Virus record (IMG/VR): IMGVR_UViG_3300012943_000057 | Location: 1 to 25,338 of that record | Origin: a virus | Lineage: Duplodnaviria; Caudoviricetes | DNA length: 25,338 nucleotides | Strand: one strand, 5' to 3' | Shown here: positions 15,076 to 22,568 of the stretch, in pieces | Layout: each line of letters opens with the position of its first letter | Numbering within the stretch: the stretch's first letter is position 1 | Position numbers and translations under genes: made by a program | Notes under the pieces: generated by a model | The model's input: the letters and a program-made list of their open reading frames with translations, nothing else | The model's database searches: none | What the model was told of the DNA's origin: nothing

Positions 15076-16092
15076 TTATCCGTAAAATTCTTCTACGACG
15101 ATTAGTCCAGAGCCGCCTGCTCCACCGGCAGCACCACCAGTTCCTGCACCGCCCGCGCTGCCAGCTGCTCCCACGGCGTAAGAATAAGTAGCAGATGGAT
15201 TAGCAATTACAGCCTGAACGTACGCTCCTGCTCCACCACCGCCGCCTACAATAATATTGTTGGTAGCATTACCGCCGCCACTTGAACCGCCGCCACCAGT
15301 GTTGGCAGGAGAAGCAGTGCCGTTAGTATTTGGCGGCGTGTTACCTGCGCCGCCACCAAAAGGAGAAGAAGCACCTGCGCCAGCACCAAAGTTGAAAGCA
15401 GTCGCTCCGCCCTGATAGATTGCTGCTCCGCCGCCAGAACCGCCAATATTAGAAACCATTGCAATTGCTGGTGAATTAATAGTAGGGGTACCGCCAGTTC
15501 CACCTGCTCCCTGAACGCCAAACGTTCCACCGAGTCCACCGGTTGCGGTTAATAATGAAGTTCCAAATGTAGTTGTGCCGCCGTTTAAACTAGCGCCACC
15601 GCCCGCTCCACCAGTTCCTGAACCAGCCCCTCCACCGCCGCCACCAACCATTGTAACTCTAAGTGAGGTGCAACCAATTGGAGTGTTGTATGTGCCTGAA
15701 CTAGAAGTGAACCTTTGAACAGTTCTAAGGTTGCCAATTAAACCCGCTTGAAAAATCTGTGAAGAACCATCAGTTGTGAAGCCAAATCCCGTAAATTTCG
15801 ATAAGCTAAACCCCGTTGGAGATGTCTTGCTCAAGCTAGCAACAAGTGCTAAATTTCCACCTGAAAGAACATAGTGAACATAATAAATTTTGTTGGTAGT
15901 TAATGCCCCTGTGTCTAATGCATTAGCTCCAGTGGTAGCTGCATTAACAGTGATAGCTGTTAAACTGCGATACTGTTGTCCACCGATCGTGCCGCGAATG
16001 TCGCCGCCATACGTGTCGAGAGCAAGAGTCACAGATGTTGTAGACGCTACCGAAAGGGTTCCAGATCTATCTATTCCAAATACTTGTCCCAT
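15076..16092 (-). CDS. Tail-fibre protein with an N-terminal beta domain and a glycine-rich domain, paralogue B2
   Basis: The C-terminal ~215 aa are colinear with 13072-13737 (TVQ...GGTTTFGTSLLTA...NSPA...SPFGG...VEEFY). Confidence 0.8.
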   Translation of the reverse strand: MGQVFGIDRSGTLSVASTTSVTLALDTYGGDIRGTIGGQQYRSLTAITVNAATTGANALDTGALTTNKIYYVHYVLSGGNLALVASLSKTSPTGFSLSKFTGFGFTTDGSSQIFQAGLIGNLRTVQRFTSSSGTYNTPIGCTSLRVTMVGGGGGGAGSGTGGAGGGASLNGGTTTFGTSLLTATGGLGGTFGVQGAGGTGGTPTINSPAIAMVSNIGGSGGGAAIYQGGATAFNFGAGAGASSPFGGGAGNTPPNTNGTASPANTGGGGSSGGGNATNNIIVGGGGGAGAYVQAVIANPSATYSYAVGAAGSAGGAGTGGAAGGAGGSGLIVVEEFYG

Positions 16093-16100
16093 AAAACCTC

Positions 16101-17123
16101 TTAATAATCCGCGTCCGCGGTCCAGTGAAATGAGTAGTTGTTGCTTGCAGATACCACACCGCCTGAGTTTAAATAGAAACCCCAGGCAAATGCACCTGAA
16201 ACACCAATTACTTTATCACCACCAGAATCTGCCCTATTAATTGCGCCAGTTACTGGCGAATAAAGGGTTACAGAAGCACCAGTTCTTTTAGAAACCCTGT
16301 AATCCCAAGATAAGTCAAGCTCACCAGAAGAACTAGCAATACCATTTGCTGCATCAGTTCCAGTTATTGCAGCTGGAGCAGTATCTAGTCTATAACTTTT
16401 TTCATAATAACGCTGGCAAGCTGCAAGTTCACCTTGAATATTTCCACCGGCTAAGAAAAAACGTTCAGGCGGAGAAAGCCCTGCGATCAAAGAAACGGAA
16501 GCGAAGTTATAGACTGCAGAACCTGGTTGACCAAGAGAATTGGTTCTAGAATTAAAGTTCGAACCAGCATCAAACCAAATATTTATTCTTAGATAGCTAG
16601 AGGCCGCATCGGTTCCAATTGTCTTTCCTGAGATAGATGGAATGGCTACAGTTACATTAAATTTAGTGTAGGTAGTCGTAAGAGCAAGAGTCGTTACACC
16701 AATAGCATTGACATTAGCAGAAGGAGATCCACCAGTCCCGAAGTTTTGCTCAAGTTCAACTGCGACATTTCTTGCAACGCTAGACTTAGCCCAAAAGGTT
16801 ATTGTGGCGTTTTGTCCAGCCAGAGTTCGCACATCTTCAATATTGTAGGCAAGGATAGCAAGATTACTTGCTCCTGCTACGCTATTTACAGCTATTTGAT
16901 GATTGTAAGTTGGCTCATTGGGAACTGCTGTTTGACCAACAGTGAACGCAATACGGTCAGTGGAATATGTAGTTCCAGTGGAGGTGCACTGCCAACGATC
17001 AGCACAATATCTATTACCTGTAGAGGTCCCGAGCGTAGTGGCGCGTTGCCAGAAATCAAAGTTTCCGTTAATGATATAATTTCTAGGAGCGCTATTAAGT
17101 GAATTTACTGGTAATCTTGCCAT
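16101..17123 (-). CDS. Tail-fibre-associated beta-sandwich protein, paralogue A3
   Basis: Same IINGNFDFWQR / CQRYYEKSY / WTADAD frame. Confidence 0.8.
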   Translation of the reverse strand: MARLPVNSLNSAPRNYIINGNFDFWQRATTLGTSTGNRYCADRWQCTSTGTTYSTDRIAFTVGQTAVPNEPTYNHQIAVNSVAGASNLAILAYNIEDVRTLAGQNATITFWAKSSVARNVAVELEQNFGTGGSPSANVNAIGVTTLALTTTYTKFNVTVAIPSISGKTIGTDAASSYLRINIWFDAGSNFNSRTNSLGQPGSAVYNFASVSLIAGLSPPERFFLAGGNIQGELAACQRYYEKSYRLDTAPAAITGTDAANGIASSSGELDLSWDYRVSKRTGASVTLYSPVTGAINRADSGGDKVIGVSGAFAWGFYLNSGGVVSASNNYSFHWTADADY

Positions 17124-17132
17124 ATACTATCC

Positions 17133-19487
17133 TTACACACTATAAACAACGATGTTATCGCTGTTGTCAATTGTGATCTCTCTTAGCGTTCCATCTGGTC
17201 TGCGTAAGAAAATACCTCTGCCACTTATTGACCTATCTACGCTTGCATCAGTTGAGCCAAGAGCGTTGGTTGCTAACAACAATGCGTTTCTATCAGAGTT
17301 ATCAAAAGCTCCACCGTTGGTTTGATCTGCGATCAGAGTTACTGTTGCAGATTCCCCGCCATTATTGAACGTGTTTGCTGGGAAGGTAAGTGTGTTGCCG
17401 TTTACAGAGAACGCTCCATATCTAAATACTTGACCAGTTTCAACATAGAAGACCTTGATTAGATCAGGGTTCACAGTGAATCTAGTTACAGCAAAACTAG
17501 AGGTGTTTGCTGTACTATTGAACTGGAACGTTTGAGTGTTTAATAGTCCAGTTGAAATGCCTGTAGTTTGTAGAGAATATAGAAGACCATAAGCATCAAG
17601 TTTAGCAGTTGTGCTTGCTGTAATCTTAACTCTCAAGTCAAGAGCGCGCCCAAGGAGTGTATAGATGAACGTAGAGGTAGCATCAGTAGTCCAGGTAGTG
17701 CCGTTGAATGTGCTAGAAGCATCGCCAACAGGACCTGAATTGTCATTTCTAAGAGCAAGTTCAGTAACGCCGTTAGAATAGCTGGCTTTATAAGCAGCAT
17801 CAGTACGAACCACAATGTGATAGGTTCCAGCTGGAAGAGGAATTGCAGGAATATCTACGGTGAAGCTGCTTGTTCCAGCAGGAACAGAGCTTAGAGGATA
17901 CGCGCTAGATTCTGCGTATACATCGGTTCCAAGAGTTGAAGGCACACCAGCGCTATCCTTAACAATAGATACATATAGGTTACCAGAAGGAGAACCAGTC
18001 TTAATTGAGAAGAGTGTTACTTGCTTAAGAACGTCGGCAGCAGTGAGAATGATCTTTTGACCAAGCGCTTGGAGAGTTGAACCGCCATCCAAGTCTTTAG
18101 ATGCCGTTGCACTAGCAACTGAGTAGCTTAGAAGAGTTTGATTTGCTGCTTCAGTAGTAAATACGTAGGCACCGCGATACAGACCAGTAAGTCCTACGCG
18201 TTCCATGGTGACTGTTTGATATTCGTTTCCACCATCGCGAGATACTTGATATGTGGCGCCAGTATCAACAAAACCAGTTCGCCAGAAGACATTTAGCTCA
18301 ACGCTAGAAATATCTTTAGGGGCAATCAGGAACTCATTGGTGTCGAGGTTTTGCTTAGAAACGTAAGTCTGACCAACAGTGAAGTCATAGGTGTTAGTAA
18401 CCAACGAATACGTTGAGGTTGTGCTTGGATCAGTAAGAGTAGCACCAGAGGTCTCAATGATGTTTGGCGTCAAGAGTTCCCATGGAGAATCACCGAAACG
18501 ATTCTTGAGGGTCTCAAGGATTGGGTTGGCAGAACCGCCGCCAGAACCAGAAGCTCCGAGACGGACAGATTGACCGGCATTAAGAGCCATGCCGTTACGC
18601 CAGTAGACGCGCTGAACGCCGTCGCCGGAGTCAACTCGCTTAGCGATTAAGAATACTTCTTGGTTAGCAGCAACCACTGCAGGCATCGTGGTCTGATCAG
18701 TGAAGTGAGTTGCAGTACCAGCACCACGATCAATGACAACGTACCAGATACGGTTTGTTGCAGAGAAGTTGACGTTTGCAGAGCCTAGAGAGATAACTTG
18801 AGGTGCAGCACCTGAGATCTTCTGGTTAAGAGTAAGATTGAGGTTTTCAGTGAACTGAAGCTGTGTTCCTGTGTAGGTAATGATCCCACCATCCGTCAAT
18901 AGGATGTTGCGATCTTCAAACAACTTAGCAAGCTCAGCATCTGCCTTAACGAGAGCAGAGTCAACTGAGTCACCAGCAACAGAACCGATCATTGGAAGAG
19001 CAGTAGTGATAGCGCTAGCAGCAGAGTTAACTACCCAGCGAGATTGGCCGGCATCGTAAACAAGTTGAATTGATTGGCCAGCAGAAACTGTTACATTGGC
19101 TGCACTTGCAGTAACAATGCGGTTGGCAGCAGTACCTTCAGTACCGCTCTGGTTAGCGATAGTGATTACAGCTGAACTATTGTTATAGATGAATACAAAC
19201 TTACCATCTGTTGAAGCTGTTATGCCGTGAACAGTGCCGGTTGTAGAACCAGTAATGCGGATAAGTGGATTTTGAACTACGGCTGCAGTGAAGGCAGCAC
19301 TGGTCATGGACGCAGCAGATACTACATCAGATCTTGAGGCTAGGTTGATCCAAAACCCGTTGTCGTAAAACGAGAACGAACCCATTGTAGAGTCGTAATA
19401 GAGATCACCATTGGTTGGCGATGATGCGGCAGACGCCTGGGGATTAAGTGTAATCCCTCTATTAATTCTAAAGCTGCTATCAGCCAT
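17133..19487 (-). CDS. Large virion structural / tail-fibre protein (784 aa)
   Basis: Rich in S/T/A/G; N-terminal 'PTNGDLYYDS....F.FY..G.W' module shared with the next two upstream genes; AGGAG SD. Confidence 0.8.
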   Translation of the reverse strand: MADSSFRINRGITLNPQASAASSPTNGDLYYDSTMGSFSFYDNGFWINLASRSDVVSAASMTSAAFTAAVVQNPLIRITGSTTGTVHGITASTDGKFVFIYNNSSAVITIANQSGTEGTAANRIVTASAANVTVSAGQSIQLVYDAGQSRWVVNSAASAITTALPMIGSVAGDSVDSALVKADAELAKLFEDRNILLTDGGIITYTGTQLQFTENLNLTLNQKISGAAPQVISLGSANVNFSATNRIWYVVIDRGAGTATHFTDQTTMPAVVAANQEVFLIAKRVDSGDGVQRVYWRNGMALNAGQSVRLGASGSGGGSANPILETLKNRFGDSPWELLTPNIIETSGATLTDPSTTSTYSLVTNTYDFTVGQTYVSKQNLDTNEFLIAPKDISSVELNVFWRTGFVDTGATYQVSRDGGNEYQTVTMERVGLTGLYRGAYVFTTEAANQTLLSYSVASATASKDLDGGSTLQALGQKIILTAADVLKQVTLFSIKTGSPSGNLYVSIVKDSAGVPSTLGTDVYAESSAYPLSSVPAGTSSFTVDIPAIPLPAGTYHIVVRTDAAYKASYSNGVTELALRNDNSGPVGDASSTFNGTTWTTDATSTFIYTLLGRALDLRVKITASTTAKLDAYGLLYSLQTTGISTGLLNTQTFQFNSTANTSSFAVTRFTVNPDLIKVFYVETGQVFRYGAFSVNGNTLTFPANTFNNGGESATVTLIADQTNGGAFDNSDRNALLLATNALGSTDASVDRSISGRGIFLRRPDGTLREITIDNSDNIVVYSV

Positions 19488-19625
19488 GTGAGCTCCTGTT
19501 AGTTCCCAGAGATTCTACTTAGAATCTCAGCAAAATTAGTTGGATGTATGGAAACAAGCCTAGAATATAGGCAAGAAGAGGCGTATAGCATCTTGAGTTC
19601 CATCTATCCCTCAAAACTTAATATT

Positions 19626-19634
19626 ATCTTATCA
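19626..19634 (-). promoter_or_regulatory. Extended -10-like element TGATAAGAT
   Basis: The identical 9-mer recurs at 22543-22551; both copies are intergenic within the structural operon. Confidence 0.45.
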
Positions 19635-19638
19635 TGAG

Positions 19639-20181
19639 TTAGGGTAGGACTGAAGTCATCACCCAGATATCGACACTTCCAGCATTTGAGGCACTTAGAT
19701 TGGCCCCTGTAGAAGTTGCTTTTAAGCGAATACTAGTAGTCCCAGAAAACGACTCAATGTCGTTAGCCTGCGTGATGCTCCTAGCGGTGTCAGTGACCGA
19801 TTGAAATACGTTGAACGCTGCTGTATATTTAGTGAAGTTTGAAGCAATACCAACACTTAAGGTATAGGCACTGATGCTTGTACCTGCGAAGGCAACTGAA
19901 TGCTTGATCACTATCTGTTGGATCATGCCTTTAGATGGCAAGGACAGTAGTTCTATATCGTTTGTAGTGGCCGCTGTTTGAAGCGCAGTATGACTAACTG
20001 TATACTTAGTCCAAATAGGATTAGCTGTAGAAGAGGCTAAACCAGTCCAAGCGCCCTGCTGTCTAAATTTAAAGGTGTCTGTACCACTATCGTAGTAAAA
20101 ATCACCATTATCTGGGTCAGAAGGGGCTGTATTGGGTTTTATGCCAACACCACTCCTAACCTTTAAAAATTCCTTAGCCAT
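19639..20181 (-). CDS. Small virion structural protein (180 aa)
   Basis: N-terminal 'PDNGDFYYDS....FKF...GAW' module followed by a beta-sandwich-like domain. Confidence 0.8.
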   Translation of the reverse strand: MAKEFLKVRSGVGIKPNTAPSDPDNGDFYYDSGTDTFKFRQQGAWTGLASSTANPIWTKYTVSHTALQTAATTNDIELLSLPSKGMIQQIVIKHSVAFAGTSISAYTLSVGIASNFTKYTAAFNVFQSVTDTARSITQANDIESFSGTTSIRLKATSTGANLSASNAGSVDIWVMTSVLP

Positions 20182-20223
20182 GCGGTTCCCAATCCCCGAC
20201 GAGGCTAGCTACGTTAAGAGAGG

Positions 20224-22515
20224 TTAGGCTCTTAGGCGTCTAATTTGGCAACGCATAGTTGCGTTGTTGCTAGCATGAGTGTTGTTATACAAAATCCTTA
20301 CGTTACCGCCGCTAATGTCTGCGCTCAAAGAGAGACCTAATGCAGCACCAAGTGAGGCCGTTTCAGAGAACTGATCGGACGAGCTAGCGATAGTGCCATC
20401 GCTCGAAACGATGAATTGACCTACGCGTACCTTAGCAGAAGTAGCTTCCTTGATGCGGTAGTCAATAACCGCGCCATCGAAACTAGCTACAGCGAAAGAG
20501 AGGCTGGCTGAAATTTCAGTTGGAGACGATACGTTCGAGCTCAACGTTAAGTTGTCGAAGTACTGATCTTCCATATAGTTGGAACTAGCTCCGCTCTCAG
20601 ATCTGCGCATCTTAGTTGCAAGAACGTCGAGGTTACCAGTACCATGTGCAGTCATTACGATAGAGCCGTTATTGCCCGTAGTCATGATGCCAAGGTTAGG
20701 AGTACCAGAGCTGTTGTGCTTTAGGTTAAAAGCCCAAACATCTTTCCATTCGATAGAGTCACTACCGAGATCGTCGGTGTTGTCAGTATCGCTGATCAAT
20801 GAGGTATTGATTGCTACAGAGGCTAGGTTGTCAAGTGCAAGACTTGCCTTACCGTTTAACTGTGTTTGAATTGCGCTAGTTACGCCAGATAGGTAGCCAA
20901 GTTCAGTATCAGAAACTGCCGAAGCAACGATGAAACCTGAACCATCAGATGCCAGCGCCTTATTTGCTGTTACAGCAGCAAGTTTATCAAGAGCAATAGC
21001 AGCAGCTGCAGCAATATGTGTATTGCTGATGCCGCCGGCCTTTACTTGCAATGCGTTGGTAGCAATCTCGATAGTAGAACCATCAACTCCAACTTTTAAG
21101 CCGCTTGCGCCAGAGGTGATAGCGCCTGCTGCGTCTAGTTTAGCTGCAAGTTCATTAGAACCAGTGAATCTTAAGCTTGGGTTAGAAGCTTCAAGTTTGA
21201 TTCGTAGTTGACCAGCAACGTTACCAGGATTAGTTGATTCTAGTCCTGAGGCAGTAGCAAGATCTACAGAGAAAATAGAGCCAGTGAAAGTGATCATGTC
21301 ACCACCGACTAGGCCCGCAATTGGATTGAAATATTCGAAATTGATTGGGTCGGTATCAAGAACAGCGACTACGCCGTATTGAGTGAACACAATACCAGCA
21401 TTAGCGGTACCTTCTTGAACAGATACCCAAGCTCCATTGATCTCATCGATTGGGCTCAACGAATCGAAGTCAGCAGCGCGAGTAGGGGCGCCAGTAGCCT
21501 CAACAACGTAGATACCGTTCTCTTCAGGGGCAGCTTGATCTTTGATCAAGATACGATCGCCAGTTGCTAGCGTTACACCGTCGATGATGTCGCCATCTTC
21601 GAAGTCAGAAGCTAGAGCGCCTGCAACCGTGGTTGCAGCAAGAACAGCTTGCTTAGGTTTTAGTCCTGCAAGACGGGCTTGCAAATAAGCCAGAGTAACT
21701 GCGTCCTGACCAGCAGTAGGATCGCCGAGGTTGGTAGCTTTAAAACCACCGAAAGATTGGTTGGCTGCGAAGGCGTTTGCGCCAGATGCTAAGATAGCTT
21801 GTTCATAGCGAACTGAATCGCCAGCACCAGAACCAGCAGCGAGACCAGTAAGCTTGAAACCGCCCATTGGTTGGTTAGCAAGATAAGTTACAGAGCCATC
21901 TTTCTTGATGACAACGTTGTCAGCAGCTTTCGCATTGAGCTGCGTCTGAATTGCACTAGTTACACCAGATACATAGCCAAGTTCGGTTGGGGTAACAGCA
22001 CTAGAGGTAAGTTTTTTAGAACCGTCTAGGTATGGAACGGTTGTTGCAGTGAGCTGAGGAAATGCTACGCCAGCTGACCAATCAAGTTGAGCTGTCGCAG
22101 ATGAACTATTGAGTGTGCGGTTTACCCAGTGGACAGAGGTATCACCACTAGAATCTACTGTTCGACCAACAGAGAGACTGATTGAAGGACCAGAAGGATA
22201 GACGAGGGAGTCTGCCCAAAGAGTGCTCCAGATTAAACTAGCAGAGCCAAGTGATCGCGTGTCATCAGCATCAGGAAGCAAATCCTGATTGATAGATGTA
22301 GTGATCAGGTTACTAAGAGCTGTGTTAGCAGCAGCACCACCGGTCGCCAGCGTTGCCCATGCACCGCCTTGATAAACCTTTACGACATCATCTGCCGTAT
22401 TGTAGTACATGTCGCCGTTAGTTGCTGCGCCTGGATCGCTGGCGCGCATAGGCAGCGTGAGTGGGTTACCATTTAAGAAGATAACCTTATTACCAAATTT
22501 TAGTTCATTAGCCAT
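20224..22515 (-). CDS. Tail-fibre-like virion protein (763 aa) with internal repeats
   Basis: 'ATNGDMYYNT..' N-terminal module; 'DGVTLATGDRILIKDQ....ENGIYVV' fibre domain; duplicated 'TELGY.SGVTSAIQTQLN.KA'. Confidence 0.85.
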   Translation of the reverse strand: MANELKFGNKVIFLNGNPLTLPMRASDPGAATNGDMYYNTADDVVKVYQGGAWATLATGGAAANTALSNLITTSINQDLLPDADDTRSLGSASLIWSTLWADSLVYPSGPSISLSVGRTVDSSGDTSVHWVNRTLNSSSATAQLDWSAGVAFPQLTATTVPYLDGSKKLTSSAVTPTELGYVSGVTSAIQTQLNAKAADNVVIKKDGSVTYLANQPMGGFKLTGLAAGSGAGDSVRYEQAILASGANAFAANQSFGGFKATNLGDPTAGQDAVTLAYLQARLAGLKPKQAVLAATTVAGALASDFEDGDIIDGVTLATGDRILIKDQAAPEENGIYVVEATGAPTRAADFDSLSPIDEINGAWVSVQEGTANAGIVFTQYGVVAVLDTDPINFEYFNPIAGLVGGDMITFTGSIFSVDLATASGLESTNPGNVAGQLRIKLEASNPSLRFTGSNELAAKLDAAGAITSGASGLKVGVDGSTIEIATNALQVKAGGISNTHIAAAAAIALDKLAAVTANKALASDGSGFIVASAVSDTELGYLSGVTSAIQTQLNGKASLALDNLASVAINTSLISDTDNTDDLGSDSIEWKDVWAFNLKHNSSGTPNLGIMTTGNNGSIVMTAHGTGNLDVLATKMRRSESGASSNYMEDQYFDNLTLSSNVSSPTEISASLSFAVASFDGAVIDYRIKEATSAKVRVGQFIVSSDGTIASSSDQFSETASLGAALGLSLSADISGGNVRILYNNTHASNNATMRCQIRRLRA
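20845..22002 (-). repeat. Two copies (about 20845-20922 and 21925-22002) of a ~26-codon intragenic repeat
   Basis: SAVTPTELGYVSGVTSAIQTQLNAKA versus SAVSDTELGYLSGVTSAIQTQLNGKA; the copies are also similar at DNA level. Confidence 0.85.
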
Positions 22516-22542
22516 GACTTGTCCTCGCTATGTGATAACTAC

Positions 22543-22551
22543 ATCTTATCA
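22543..22551 (-). promoter_or_regulatory. Extended -10-like element TGATAAGAT
   Basis: Intergenic, 27 nt upstream of ATG 22515 and upstream of the GAGGA SD; identical to 19626-19634. Confidence 0.45.
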
Positions 22552-22568
22552 CGTAAGTAAGGTTACAA

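Noticed and set aside
13072-16092. GC-rich (CCG/CCA)n runs resembling tandem repeats or a CRISPR array
   Set aside because: They are explained by poly-Gly coding; there is no constant repeat-spacer periodicity.
10879-17123. Diversity-generating retroelement or invertible shufflon behind the fibre paralogues
   Set aside because: No reverse transcriptase or invertase is present, I saw no long adenine-mismatch template/variable repeat pair, and all copies are full genes in the same orientation.
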